A DNA stretch of 64,000 bases from an uncultured virus (IMG/VR IMGVR_UViG_3300026203_000001). Taxonomy: Duplodnaviria > Heunggongvirae > Uroviricota > Caudoviricetes. A program made the translations under genes and the position numbers. The stretch is from the IMG/VR virus record IMGVR_UViG_3300026203_000001. One strand, given 5' to 3'. The notes below the pieces were generated by a model that was not told the DNA's origin, searched no databases, and worked only from the letters and a program-made list of their open reading frames with translations. Positions 8,357 to 20,900 of this stretch are shown here, in pieces. Numbering within the stretch: position 1 is the stretch's first letter; every line of letters starts with the position of its first letter.

Positions 8357-11300
8357 AATGCAGCGATCGCAGCAGCGAATTGTGTGTAATTTAGTGAGTT
8401 CGCAGCAGCAGTTTTAAGTTGTGCTAATGTAATTGTTTCTGCCTGTAATGCAGAGTCTGCCTTAACACCTTGTGCAGCAGTAGCATAATCAGATGATGCA
8501 GTTGCAGCAGCACTGCCTAAAGTAGGTTTACCAGTTAGATCATTGTATGCTCCACTGGTTGCTACAGTTGCCAAGTCACCTGGTTGTGTAGCAGAAGCAG
8601 CAAGTGTACCTTGTGCAGCAGTTGCGTAAGCACTTGCAGCAGTGGTAGCAGCAGATCCAAGTCCGAGAGTTGTTCTAGCAGCAGATGCTGATGCGTCATC
8701 AACCAGAGTTAGACCAAATGTGCTGATTGCAGAGGCATCAAGTTTTCCAGTGATACCTGCTGTTACACGAGCGTCAGCACGTGCATCTGTATAATAAAGA
8801 TTTGTTGATCCTTCTGCTACATCATCAGTATCGTGGTTAGATAGAGATGCAATAGTAGATGGGATAGTATATGAAATAACACCAGTAGAAGCGTTATATC
8901 CTAAATCTCCACTAACTGAAATGTGTCCACGAGTTCTTGCAGCAGTGGTGAATAGGTTGGTTGATCCTTCTGTGATATTATCTGTGTTAATGTCTGACTG
9001 AGTAACAGACAAAGTACCAGAAGAATGTGAAATACCTGTTCCATATGTGAAGTGTGTTCTTGTTCTAGCAGCAGTAGTAAATAAGTTACTTGAACCTTCA
9101 GTTACATTATCAGTATTAATATCTGACTGTGTGACAGATAATTGACCTGCTCCACTTAGTTCAATACCAGTTCCGTATGTAAAGTGTGTTCTTGTTCTAG
9201 CAGCAGTCGTGAATAGATTTGTAGATCCCTCAACGATGTTGTCAGTATCAAACTCACCAAAGTCAGCAGATAGAGTTAGTAAGTTACCTGCGTCATTGTA
9301 GGTAGCAGAAATACCAGTACCACCTGCGATTAATGCAGCAACACGATCATCAACTCTTTCGTCAGTAAAGTATAGATTTGTAGACCCTTCAGTAAGAGCA
9401 TCTGTATCGTGGTTACTGATGTCACCAACCTGTGATTCTTGGAACGTAATAGTTCCAGTAATGTTCAAGTTACCTTGAATCTCAAAGTTTGTAGAACAAA
9501 CAAAGTTACTTACAGATAAAGTGTTTGAACTAGGAATATATTTAAAGTTATCTGAGTCAGTTCTTATTTCAGTGTTTCCAGTTGTAGCAGAAACAAATGT
9601 TGGGAAGAATGTAAGGTTAGAACCTGTGGTGTTTGTGACATCAACTAGAGATGCAGTATCAGCATTACCAGTCAAGTCACCTGTTACGTTACCAGTAATC
9701 TGACCTGTAACTCCAAGTGTGCTTTGTAAAGTTACACCATCTTGAACATTAAGAGTTCCAGTAATATCAGTGTTACCTGTAGGTCCATCTACAACAAACT
9801 TGACTCCTGCTGATCCACCGACTGATAAGTCATCACCAACAAATGCTTTCTTCTTAACTGATAAACCACCATCTGTATGTACAGAAGCAGCAGCGTCATT
9901 ATATGCAGAAGAATCTGTTACGTTATTTGCTTGTACAAGACCTGCGAATGTAGCATTACCTGATGTTACATCTATACCAGAATTAAAGTCTGCGTTACCA
10001 TCTACATTTAAAGTTGAATCTAAGTCAACTGCATTAGTTACATCAAGTGTTCCTGCAATATCAGTATTACCACTTGCAGATGCAACGTTGAATTTATTAG
10101 TGTTAATGTTGAACGAACCACCAACGTTTAAGGTTGATTGTAAGTTTGCTACAGAAGTAGCGATAAGTGAGGATATAGTTGTAGTTCCACCAGTTACGTC
10201 TAATGTTCCACCAACAACTGTATTTCCTGTAGGTCCATCTACAGTAAAGTTACCCGCACCAACATCAAGGTCGTCTCCAATAAATGCCTTCTTGGTAACT
10301 GCTAAACCACCTGCTGTAAATATTGCAGCACCGTTATTGTTTGCAGCAGTTGCTTGTGCAGTAGAATTTGCTCTTAGTTTCTCATCAAATGTTACAATAC
10401 CACCAACACCAAGAGTCCCATCTAATGTGCTATTTGTATATACCTTTAAGTCTCCACCAATACCAGTGTTACCTGCAACAGATAATCCACCTGCGGATAC
10501 TCTTAACGCACCATTAGATGACCAAGTTCCACCAAGAGTTGCATTAGTAGCATTTGTAAAGGTTGATATTCCAGTTACACCTAAAGTATTTGTAATATTG
10601 GTAGCACCCGATACATCTAAAGTATTACTTAATGTCGCTCCTAACGTCACTCCAAGCGTCCCTGAGAGGGTTGTATTGCTTGTGACACCCAAAGTACCAC
10701 CAACGCTTAGATTAGAACTTCCTCCAACAATATTTACAGATGAATTTAAAGTAGATACTCCGTCTGCTCTAAATGTTCCTGCAACTAATGTATTACCTGT
10801 AGAACTAGCAACTGTAAATTTATTTGTATTGACTCTTAAGTCATTTGTTACATCAAGTGTACCAGTAATATCAACATTTCCACCGAACGATCCATCATCA
10901 CCTACGACGAGATCGTCACCAACGTGTAGATCTATTCCTATACCTGCACCACCACCAACGATGAGGGCACCTGTAGAAGAATTAGTTGCGTTTGTAGTAT
11001 CAAATAATTTTATAGAACCTGCGTCTAAACCAGATCTAGTACCAGTAAATACCTCAGAATTATTAGTTGCATTATGATAGAAAGCATATCTAAGTGCTGA
11101 ATCATCCCATCCAAAGAATCCTACTTTAGCATTTGAATCATAATATCTAAACTCCACACCACGATCTTTTGCATCGTCAGATGAAGGAGCAGTATCACCA
11201 CCTAATGTAATGATAGGATCGTCCACAGTAATAGTAGTACTGTTTACTGTAGTTGTGCTACCGTGAACTGTTAAGTTACCATCAACTATGGCATTACCAC

Positions 11301-14300
11301 CAACATTAAGATCTTGTCCTGAACTCAGGGTAACTGGGGCTGTGAATTGAGTAGTAGCATTTACTGTTAATGCGTCACCAGATGCGTCACCAATGGTATT
11401 CTGTGCACCATTTAAAGTAACATCTCTGTTTAAAGTAACATCTCCGTGGACGGTAAGTGTTCCTGCTGTTGATGAACCTGCTCCAACTCTACCTATTGTT
11501 GTATTACCAGATTCTCCAAGAACTGTAAATTCTGTAGTATCTCCAGAATTAAGTTTACCGATATAAAGATCGTCACCAATATAGAGATCAGTAGCGATAC
11601 CTGCACCACCATATACTCTTAAGTTTGAATTATTATCTGTAGCGTATGAAGGTGTATAAGCAACTGTTGATCCTGCACGTAATTTATATCTTACACGTAA
11701 GTAGTTCTGTGTACTAAATGTCTCAGTTGTTCCTAAGTCTTTTTGGTTAATAGCACCGTTAATGTATAAATCTGAGTTAAACAGAGTGTCACCTTCAATG
11801 TAACCACCACCATCGAAACGGAAAGACCCGTAATCTCCACTAGATATGATGAAATCGTCTTGAGCATTTGTTCCTATAGTTGGTACATCAACATCCTCAG
11901 AATGGAAGAAGTTACCTAAATTTAAAGTTCCCTCTATATCTGTGTTACCATTCGTAGTGCTGATTTGGAATTTTTGTGTACTACCGTTAGTAAGTGTAAA
12001 GGTCTTACCAGTAGTATCCATTAAGAAATCATTATGTAGAGTTACATCGTCATCAACATCAAGTGTTGCATTAAGAGTAACATCACCATCTACATTTAGA
12101 GTTTGGTCAAAGTCTACTCCTTGTTTCGTGTTGAGTGTTCCTTCGATAACTGTATTACCGTTATCAGAGTCAACCGTAAACTTGTCAACATTACTAGCAG
12201 TACGAATCTTGAACGCTTTTGCATCGGCAGTAACAATTAAATTATCTGTAATTTCAGTTTCTAACTGAACATCTAATGTACCTTCAATAACTGTATTACC
12301 ATTATCTGTATCAACTGTAAACTTATCTACACCCGCAGCAGTTTGTATATTAAATGATTTATTATCTGCCTTGATAATTACATTGTTATTAACTTCTGAC
12401 TGTCCTGCAATAGTAACAGTGCCACCAATATGTGCGTTCTCAGAAAGTCCAAGTCCACCAGTTACAACTAATGTACCAGTTGTAGTTGATGTAGAACCTG
12501 TATTTGTTGTAAGTGCTAAGTTACCTGCAATTAGAGGAGCATCAGTACCAGAAAAAACTTCAGATGTATTAGTTGCATTATATAAGAATCTATATCCACC
12601 TGTACCTGACCAAATATTTGAGTTAGCATAATCTTCATCCCAACCAAAGAATCCAACACGTGCCTGAGTATCGTAGTATTTAATCTCAACACCACGATCT
12701 TTATTATCATCAGTAGTGGGGGCAGTGTCTCCACCAAGAGTAATGATGGGGTCATCTACCGATATTGTCGTACTATTTACTGTGGTTGTAGTTCCGTCTA
12801 CTTGTAGATTACCACGTACTTGTACTAAACCTGTTGCAGCATCATCGTCACCTGGATCTAATACCATAGTGGCATCACTGGTTCCGATAGTATTCTGCTG
12901 TAAGTAGAAATCTTCTACTTGAACTTTTGAAGCAACATTAGTTGCTGTGATAACAATACCATCATCTGATGTTACGTTTATCTTTGCTGTTCCTGATCCT
13001 GCATTATTTGAGGTAATGTCAAGAGTTCTATTTACAGAAGAGTTTACGTTATGATGAATTAGAAGAGAACCTGATGAACGTTCTATTGTTTGTAGAGGTG
13101 TGTTTCCAGGTCTGTCAAGTTTTATAAGTGCACCACTAATATGAGTATCAACGTTAATATCTACTCCACCTGCACCAGTATTATCTACATTGTTGGCAGT
13201 AAATAATAAATTTCCACTGGTATCATTTACAGTAACATAATTAAGATAATTAAATCCTCTATATCCAGTTGTCGCTGTTAATTCTTGATCTAACTCAAAA
13301 GTTTCTAATGTATTACCATCAGCAAATCCCACTCTAGTGTTTTGCATCTGAGTGTTATCAACTGCAAGTGCTGCAATAGTAACGTGACCATTTGCATCTA
13401 CATCAAAATCTTCTTGAGCAAATGATGCTAAACCTTTCTGTTCTGTAGCAGCAGCAGCGAGGTATCTCCAATTACTTACATCGCCACTTGTATGAGTAGG
13501 TGCTCCTTGTCCTGCACCGATATTTGTTATTGCCTGATATACTTTGCTTGCATTCTCAATAATATCGTATCTATTATATGTTGAACCTGCATTATAGGTT
13601 GCATACTTTGAACCTTCAGTTGCAGTGGCAATCGGTACATTGGTTGCTTGTGTAATTCTTCCATATCTATCAACGGAAAACTTAGATGCGTTTACAGTTT
13701 CTGTTCCGAATGGTTCACCATTAGAACCGTTAGTAGATACAGATGTTAATGATTCAACGTTATATGAACCCACAACGACCGCAGTATCAGCAAGGTCAAT
13801 AAATGGGTTGGATGATACACCATCAGGTGTAGTAAATATGAGTCTACCTGCACCACCAGTTAGGTTTCTAGTTGTAATTTGTCCTGTAGCAGTTCTAGTT
13901 AACAAACCAAAAGTGGTTATGTTTGCTAATGCTGTTAAGTCACTATCTAATCCTTGTGCGTCAGTAATACCATACTCTGCAAGAGTAGATGCTAAACTAG
14001 CACCAATAACTCTACCTCTTGAGTCAACTTCAACTCTAGAATACAGAGCAGTTGCATCAGGATCATTAGGATTATAATGTGGAAGAGAAGAAACTAATTC
14101 TAAGTTTGTTGCAAGGTTTAAGTTTGATGAACCGTCAAAAGATCCAGAACCAGTTATAGAACCAGTTAACTGAATTTGTCTTGCAGATGCGAGTCTCGTA
14201 GATGTAGAAGCATTTCCAATCAAGGTTGCACTAATAGCACCCGCCTCAAAGTTACCGTCAGCATCTCGTTTAACAAGAGTGTTAGCAGCATTTGATTCAG

Positions 14301-14466
14301 TTTCTATCGGTCTCTCATATCGCAGAGAGTTCCAAGGTGTAACACCATCTCCGATCTTGATACGTGAAGTATCGATCTCGATTCCCAGTTCACCTTGAGC
14401 AAGTATAGGGTTGATGTTTGCCCATTGTTGAGCACCATCACGTCTTAATTGGAGTCTATTTGCCAT
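8353..14466 (-). CDS. Long fibre protein (2037 aa)
   Basis: N-terminal RLQLRR...NPILAQGELGIEIDT..IKIGDG..WNSL attachment-type domain, extensive Gly/Thr beta repeats, C-terminal EGSTNL repeats; TATAAATA upstream. Confidence 0.8.
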   Translation of the reverse strand: MANRLQLRRDGAQQWANINPILAQGELGIEIDTSRIKIGDGVTPWNSLRYERPIETESNAANTLVKRDADGNFEAGAISATLIGNASTSTRLASARQIQLTGSITGSGSFDGSSNLNLATNLELVSSLPHYNPNDPDATALYSRVEVDSRGRVIGASLASTLAEYGITDAQGLDSDLTALANITTFGLLTRTATGQITTRNLTGGAGRLIFTTPDGVSSNPFIDLADTAVVVGSYNVESLTSVSTNGSNGEPFGTETVNASKFSVDRYGRITQATNVPIATATEGSKYATYNAGSTYNRYDIIENASKVYQAITNIGAGQGAPTHTSGDVSNWRYLAAAATEQKGLASFAQEDFDVDANGHVTIAALAVDNTQMQNTRVGFADGNTLETFELDQELTATTGYRGFNYLNYVTVNDTSGNLLFTANNVDNTGAGGVDINVDTHISGALIKLDRPGNTPLQTIERSSGSLLIHHNVNSSVNRTLDITSNNAGSGTAKINVTSDDGIVITATNVASKVQVEDFYLQQNTIGTSDATMVLDPGDDDAATGLVQVRGNLQVDGTTTTVNSTTISVDDPIITLGGDTAPTTDDNKDRGVEIKYYDTQARVGFFGWDEDYANSNIWSGTGGYRFLYNATNTSEVFSGTDAPLIAGNLALTTNTGSTSTTTGTLVVTGGLGLSENAHIGGTVTIAGQSEVNNNVIIKADNKSFNIQTAAGVDKFTVDTDNGNTVIEGTLDVQLETEITDNLIVTADAKAFKIRTASNVDKFTVDSDNGNTVIEGTLNTKQGVDFDQTLNVDGDVTLNATLDVDDDVTLHNDFLMDTTGKTFTLTNGSTQKFQISTTNGNTDIEGTLNLGNFFHSEDVDVPTIGTNAQDDFIISSGDYGSFRFDGGGYIEGDTLFNSDLYINGAINQKDLGTTETFSTQNYLRVRYKLRAGSTVAYTPSYATDNNSNLRVYGGAGIATDLYIGDDLYIGKLNSGDTTEFTVLGESGNTTIGRVGAGSSTAGTLTVHGDVTLNRDVTLNGAQNTIGDASGDALTVNATTQFTAPVTLSSGQDLNVGGNAIVDGNLTVHGSTTTVNSTTITVDDPIITLGGDTAPSSDDAKDRGVEFRYYDSNAKVGFFGWDDSALRYAFYHNATNNSEVFTGTRSGLDAGSIKLFDTTNATNSSTGALIVGGGAGIGIDLHVGDDLVVGDDGSFGGNVDITGTLDVTNDLRVNTNKFTVASSTGNTLVAGTFRADGVSTLNSSVNIVGGSSNLSVGGTLGVTSNTTLSGTLGVTLGATLSNTLDVSGATNITNTLGVTGISTFTNATNATLGGTWSSNGALRVSAGGLSVAGNTGIGGDLKVYTNSTLDGTLGVGGIVTFDEKLRANSTAQATAANNNGAAIFTAGGLAVTKKAFIGDDLDVGAGNFTVDGPTGNTVVGGTLDVTGGTTTISSLIATSVANLQSTLNVGGSFNINTNKFNVASASGNTDIAGTLDVTNAVDLDSTLNVDGNADFNSGIDVTSGNATFAGLVQANNVTDSSAYNDAAASVHTDGGLSVKKKAFVGDDLSVGGSAGVKFVVDGPTGNTDITGTLNVQDGVTLQSTLGVTGQITGNVTGDLTGNADTASLVDVTNTTGSNLTFFPTFVSATTGNTEIRTDSDNFKYIPSSNTLSVSNFVCSTNFEIQGNLNITGTITFQESQVGDISNHDTDALTEGSTNLYFTDERVDDRVAALIAGGTGISATYNDAGNLLTLSADFGEFDTDNIVEGSTNLFTTAARTRTHFTYGTGIELSGAGQLSVTQSDINTDNVTEGSSNLFTTAARTRTHFTYGTGISHSSGTLSVTQSDINTDNITEGSTNLFTTAARTRGHISVSGDLGYNASTGVISYTIPSTIASLSNHDTDDVAEGSTNLYYTDARADARVTAGITGKLDASAISTFGLTLVDDASASAARTTLGLGSAATTAASAYATAAQGTLAASATQPGDLATVATSGAYNDLTGKPTLGSAAATASSDYATAAQGVKADSALQAETITLAQLKTAAANSLNYTQFAAAIAAL
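8770..9410 (-). repeat. Five intragenic (D/N)TDxxxEGS(T/S)NL(Y/F)(T/F/Y)T repeats in the fibre C-terminus
   Basis: Two copies share NLFTTAARTRTHFTYGTGI with near-identical DNA (aagtgtgttcttgttctagcagcagt at about 9050 and 9182). Confidence 0.85.
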
Positions 14467-14496
14467 TGTTTATTAAGGACACTATCGCCTCTTTGA

Positions 14497-14504
14497 TATT
14501 TATA
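14497..14504 (-). promoter_or_regulatory. T4-type late promoter TATAAATA
   Basis: Exact consensus about 30 nt upstream of the fibre gene. Confidence 0.8.
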
Positions 14505-14507
14505 AGC

Positions 14508-14533
14508 AAAATAGAAAGGGACCGACGGTCCCT
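14508..14533 (-). terminator. Rho-independent terminator
   Basis: AGGGACC-GTC-GGTCCCT stem followed by TTCTATTTT on the minus strand, just after the 67-aa gene. Confidence 0.75.
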
Positions 14534-14538
14534 AACGA

Positions 14539-14742
14539 TTATTCTGCATTTACTTCGTCTACCGTATTAGTTTTTAGGTATTCTAGAGTCTCAATAGCAC
14601 CTTGTAATTTGAGCATTTGAGTCTCATTTTCTTTTACCTTTGCTACGAGTTGTTGATTTTCATCACGTAGTTTGTTGTACCTACCTTTAAAATCGTCGAG
14701 CAGTTGTTGCTCGTCCATTGTCTCAGGGGTGTCTACAGTCAT
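14539..14742 (-). CDS. Small coiled-coil protein (possible fibre assembly chaperone)
   Basis: Heptad pattern ending KLQGAIETLEYL; directly upstream of the fibre gene. Confidence 0.6.
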   Translation of the reverse strand: MTVDTPETMDEQQLLDDFKGRYNKLRDENQQLVAKVKENETQMLKLQGAIETLEYLKTNTVDEVNAE

Positions 14743-14960
14743 TGATTTTTCTCCAAGAATGATTTTAGTAGAGATTTGATCTCAGTCAGTTCAGATTTTA
14801 GCACATCAACGTCAGTTTTTAAATCGGAGAACTCTCCATCTTTTAACTTACGTTTTTTTGCTGCACTACCATTAGTAGCATTAATATTTAGCACAGCACC
14901 AGAAGAGGAATCTCGTACTAAGTTTGGATGACCCTCGACTCTCTGGTATTTTGGTTTCAT
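14739..14960 (-). CDS. Hypothetical coiled-coil protein
   Basis: RVEGHPNLVRD..SGAVLN...LKSELTEIKSLL; translationally coupled to neighbours. Confidence 0.7.
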   Translation of the reverse strand: MKPKYQRVEGHPNLVRDSSSGAVLNINATNGSAAKKRKLKDGEFSDLKTDVDVLKSELTEIKSLLKSFLEKNQ

Positions 14961-17900
14961 TACAAATCACTAAGTGCAATAACTCTAAGGTTTTTGATCT
15001 CTGGAACGTAGCACTGATTAGACGAAGTTAAAATAATTTTAACCTGTGCTATCGTAAATTCAGTTCCCTCAAAGGTGTACTCAAAATCTCTATAAAGGAG
15101 ACTCTCAGTTTTCTGAATTGTCTTGTCCTCAAGACCATTGCCATTAAAATATGTATAACCGATTTCACTGACTGGAATTGTAGTTCCAACAGGAACAATC
15201 TTATACATAACTTTTATCTCTGTAGATGGATGTCTCCATCCTTCAAATCTTACCCTAAGTGAATTAGCAGGGTTAAGAAGATTCATTACCTTAGTAACGT
15301 AAACTGCATCATCAAGATCACCTGTAGGACTTTCTGCATTGTTACTACCAATCGCAAGATCATTAACTCTGTTCATAGTAGTAATTAAGGAGCAACGATC
15401 TGTGTCAAGAACAGGAGATATATTTGCATTAGATGTTGTCATTATCATCTGTACGTTCAATGATTTAGAACCAGATAATTTAGCATCTTCGTTTACCTGT
15501 GAACAAACCATCTTAGGTTCGTCAAGATAATTATCCTCATTAGGAATCATATCGTAGTAAATACCATCATTAATAAATGATGCTTGAGTTACATTGTTAC
15601 CATCCTGTATTGATGTACCAGATACTGCGTTAAGTCTAGGAACAACATCTGTCTCAGGATATACTGTCATTTGTAACTGAGGATATAGTTGATCGAACTG
15701 TATGTTCTGTGTAGCAATTACATCAAAACCACCACTTACAATACCTGCTGAAGATACAGATGAAACTTGTAGTTTATATGTATCAAGTGTTGGACTACCA
15801 ATAGCGGTATGTAACTTATTAATTTCAGTCAAAGGAATACCATCAAGATTGTAACATTCAACTATACTGTTAGCACTGTGTGTAATAGCAGTAGTTCCTG
15901 CTTGTCCACGAGAACCAGATGGTAATGTAAATATTTTACCATCACCAGATATACCAGTATATTCAATAATTTCAAAATGTTGTCTAGGAATTTCTGGATC
16001 ACGAATAAGAATATAACCTTTATTAGATGTACTTACTGTAGAACCATTAATAACAGTATGGAATGCAGCACCATCCATAACGTGTAACTGGAATGAACCT
16101 GTTACACCATCACTTGCTGTAATACCATTTGTATGGTATGCAGAGTCTATTAGAGTTGGTGATACTTCAGATGTAACGCCACTTATCAATACTGAGTTAG
16201 TGCCATCGTGCATACAGTGGTTTGAATGACGTACCTTAATTTCAGTTGCTCTGTTAAAGTATGAGATAGGAGCAGATGGATAATCATTAATATCATCACC
16301 TGTGAAACTTGTACCACTTGTTCCAATAGTTCCTGATCCAGTTGTAGCAGAAGCAATCACCTGAGTGACTGCATCACCATCAGCGAATGTACCTGTGATA
16401 GATTTAACTGTCACAACTCCTGTTCCTGCGTTCCAGTCAGTAACCATTGCAGATGCACCAGTACCATTTGTTACTACTGTACCAGTAGCAAATGTACCAG
16501 ACACACCAGTTAATGTAATAGTACCAACAGATCTTGAAGATACAAGTCTATAGATGTAACTAGCACCAGATGCAACACCTTCTCTAAATGTTCCTACAAC
16601 ATCATCAAGTATTAAGTATGCGTTAGATGAACCTGACACACCCTGTACAACTTCACGAACAATAGCAGATGGAGCAGGAGATACATCAGTCTGTGTAATT
16701 TCAGCACCTATTGTAAAGTTAGCAACGTGATCTGCAAGTATTATCTTAATCTCTGGTTTTGTAGTTTCAATAGGATCCAATCTTAGTCTTGATATACCAA
16801 AGTTACCTTCTGCAAGTTCTGCGTTATTAAACCAAGCAGTTCCAGATCCACCTGTCTCAAATTGTGCTTTATATAATGTAAACTTAAGGTCTTCATATTG
16901 ATCAGCAGTCCAAGTAGATGCGTTCTGTGACTTGAATAGAACACCTGCATATGGTTGTTCAGATATAGTTCTATCAGATGTAACATCATCTTCACCCATT
17001 CTTGAGATCCAAAGTTTATATTCATTAGAGTCAGAAAGTATAACAGCACAGTAGTCTCTATTCTCAGCAACATATACAGGTGATGGGAATGTAAACTTAG
17101 TTGGTATAGTACCATTTTCAGATAAGTTAATATCAGATGGTAATAATGTTACGTCAGAAAAAGCAAGAACTTTTGTAGTTGGATAACCATTTGCCATTTC
17201 TCTGATCTGACAAGATACAGGGATTCTTTCGTCACGAGTTCTAAAGTAAATATCAATACTTGTTAAGAATGCACCACCCTTAGATTCAACTAAGAATGAT
17301 TGAGCAAGAGGGTCATACCATCCAGTATCTCTAACTGTTAATGATGTGTTATTAACTGTACGATCTTGTGTTACTGTGTCTCTTACAACATCAGCATTTC
17401 TAACAGCAAGGATAGTTGCTTGTTGTGTTTCTATGACACCAGATGCAACATAATTGTGTTGTGCAGCAGAGTCAACCTCACCAGGAACTCTTGAGTCAGT
17501 TACAGATGTTGTTACACGAACAACTCTTGTACCTGTTGCAAATCTTGGGTTAGTATTAACAGCAGGATTAGGAATCCACATAATACCTTCCATATCACCA
17601 TTAGTATTAGCAACCAATCTCTTAGGTTTAACAACAGCACGAGCACCAGATGTTTCACCTACAAGAATTTCACCCTCTAATGGGTTTCCATAGTATGTAC
17701 CCATAACTGTATCTGACATTGTTCTAGTATCAATGTTTAGATATGGAGTTGTAGAAGCGTAAGATGTAGGTAGTTCAGTCTGATCATAAGGTGATAAACC
17801 GTCAGTAAATCCACTATTAGGATCAACAAGTTTTAAACGACATTGTGATGTTTGTCCTACAACAGTTTCACCTACAACAAAAGGTGTATCATTAGTACGA

Positions 17901-20900
17901 ATATCTTCAATAGTATTCTTAATAACTTCAAGTAGTTTTGGTGATGTATAGAAGTTTACATCAACATTATCAATGAATGAATAAAATCTTGTATTGGGTT
18001 TTAAACGTTGGATCTTAAACGCGATATTTCTAGATCTGATAAACGGAACTACAGTTCTTTCAATAACACGATCACCAATATTTGTACGGTCAATTCTAGG
18101 AGTAATACGAGTTCTTAAACCAGATCTAGTTTGTGAACTTGTTGTATTACTTACATTAAACGTGATCTGTCTAATACCATTTCCACGCATATGTAAGGTA
18201 GAAGAAGACGTTGTTGTAGATGACCAGTTGGTTCTCCAAGAATTCCATTGCACAGGAGCAAATCCAGTATTGGTATCAGCACCACTTGCAACCATTGCTG
18301 CTTCATAACTACCTTCCATATTTACAACTCTATCAGGAGCACGACGTGTATCTACCCAATCATCAGATGATGGATATAAGTCAAGACGACCAATATATGC
18401 AAATACGTTAAATGGGTTTACATTCTCAACTCTTGAAGCATAAGGTTGAACAATAAATCTTTTTTCTGTATAAGGTCTTGTAATTGTACCTGTATCGTGA
18501 ACAGTAACACCACTAGATTGTGTAGTGCTAAACTGTAATGATACGTTTGTAGTGTAGTGAGAAGGACGTAAAACACCTTCTTGGAAATCTAACGCTGCAC
18601 CAAAATCTTCGTGAGTAGTATCTGTAGAATCAAAACTTGTAAAGTTATCTACAAGGAATCCGTTTTTAAATTTATCAAATCCATCACTATCTTTTATAGG
18701 TAATGAACTTGTTTCTAATTCAAGTAAACTTAAAGAAGTATAGTACTCTAGTTGGTCAACACGTTTTTCAATAGCACCGATGTCACGCATAGTGAATCTA
18801 CGGTTGTTCTCTCTTGAAATTCTTACATCTTCTGGAGAATATCCATATGGTCTATGAACCATAGTTGCTAGTAACATTGCATTATCAATGTTTGCAGGGA
18901 TTTCATTTAGTTCTCCAGATATACCTTTAACAACTTTAAATTGTTGCTGATCTGTTAAGAATACTTTATCTACTCTACCAAGATAGAAATCGTAGTCACA
19001 ACGGAAATCAGATTCTGGTTTAGGAATATCGATAATAGTAGCATTGTTTGAAACGCCTCCTGACGCGAAACTGCGGTCTTTAAAGTCTAACGATGCACAG
19101 TTAACAAAGTATGGTGCACCGACGGTGCCTGATCCAGATAATACTGGAGTTACACCTGGACGGAAATCAAGAACATCTCTAAGTTCTTTTGCAACACCGT
19201 TCTCAACGTACTGTGGAATGTCATCATAATCTACACCAACATATGATTCAGATGCAAAATAGTCACCAGTTGCTTCGTGAACAAACCTATTAAATACAAC
19301 TTTTAGTTTTCTTAGTGGTTTAGTTGATGATGCAAATCTAATTAATTTTGAAATATCATAGTAATGTCCTTGTTGGTTAGGATCTAAGAAGAATGACTGT
19401 GTTATGTTCTTACTACCATTGTCAATAGAACCATCAGCATCGTTGATGATACCATTAATTACAACATTGTTAGCATTGAAACCTTGTACAGTCTCACCTA
19501 ACTGGAAGAACTTATCATTCTCATAAACAAAATGACAAACATATGAAACTGAGTTGAAGTTTACAACACGTGCTTTTGCCTTAGATGTTTGTCCTTCAAT
19601 AATTGTACCTTTCTGGAAGATGGTAGCATCCTGCATTGTGATGAAAGGAATTTTTGCAGAAAGTTCATCTAGTGATTCATATACTGCGTGTACTTTATAA
19701 ACATCAGAAGAACCTAAAGATATTTCTTCATCTTCAATACGTGTACCATATAATGAACCATATGAAAGACCATACTTAGGAGCATCAGAAGATATATTTG
19801 TTTTCTCAATCTTCATCACTTCCATTTCGGTAGCGTTCTTTAATTTCTTCTCTGCTTGGTTTTTAGATACAGAGGTAATTAAACGACAAGATGTAACACC
19901 TGTTAAACCAGAAACTGTTAAAGATGTTCTAGGAGTACCTGTGCTGTTAAATGATAGATTAGGTTCAATATCAATCAAAGTACCTGCTGTAGGTGCTAAT
20001 TCTACTAACTGATAATGATCCTTATCATATGCAAGGAACTGTTCATCAGCAGGTAGAGATATTGTAAAGTCATTAGATCCAGTAACTGTTATATCATCAA
20101 AAGATCTTGCAACTATAACTGATTCATCTGTGATGCTCTTAATAGATTCTTTAGGCATCTCAATTAGAAGATCAGCAGTTTCTTTATCATATACTTGTGC
20201 TCTACGACGAACCATAAATGAGTAATCACCATTACTCAAACCACTTGCAGTACCACTCGCATTTAAAGCAGATGTAATATTATTTGTTATTGTGTTTGCA
20301 GATATAGGATATATCTTATCCATTGTAAATGAGTTCACACCGTTTGGTGTTAGAACATCTCCAGGACGTAAATCAAGAGTAAAGTTTGAGTTTGTACCTG
20401 TAAAAGCAGTACCATTAATATTAAAGTTAACACCACTAATAATAGTTTCTTGATCAAGAAGTAGATCTCCTGCAAATGTAATTGCATTTGTATCTGGATC
20501 TCTACCAGTTACACCTTTAGCATCTGTAATTTGGAAACTAAATGAGTTTGTGAGAGTTCCAATTTCTACACCATCTTTTTCTATAACTTCTCCTGCACGG
20601 AATGTACCAAATACTTGATAAACTTTGAATACAGTTTGTGCTGATGTAGCATCTACCACAAATGCTTTTGCTCTAGTTGTTCTACCACGAATAACAGCAC
20701 CTTGTCCCGCAGTTACTGCTTGAGACATTTGGAATGTAGTTAGTGGTTGTATATCAAAAATATATGTCTTGAATACAGTTGCAGAAGAAGTTACAGTTGT
20801 TCCACTATGATATTCATATGCAGCACAACGTGCGTATGCTATAACTTCACCTGCTGCGTTTAATGATCCACCTGGGGCTGAGTCTCTAAACTCAAGAACT

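Noticed and set aside
8770..9410. Regularly spaced DNA repeats as a possible CRISPR array or DGR target
   Set aside because: They are in-frame protein repeats with synonymous variation, with no cas or reverse transcriptase gene and no adenine-specific pattern.
9770..11077. 435-aa plus-strand ORF and the other plus-strand ORFs in the track
   Set aside because: All lie antisense to well-supported minus-strand genes. Their P/V/T/S-rich composition is the expected shadow of Gly/Thr/Asn-rich codons, and no start signals are evident.
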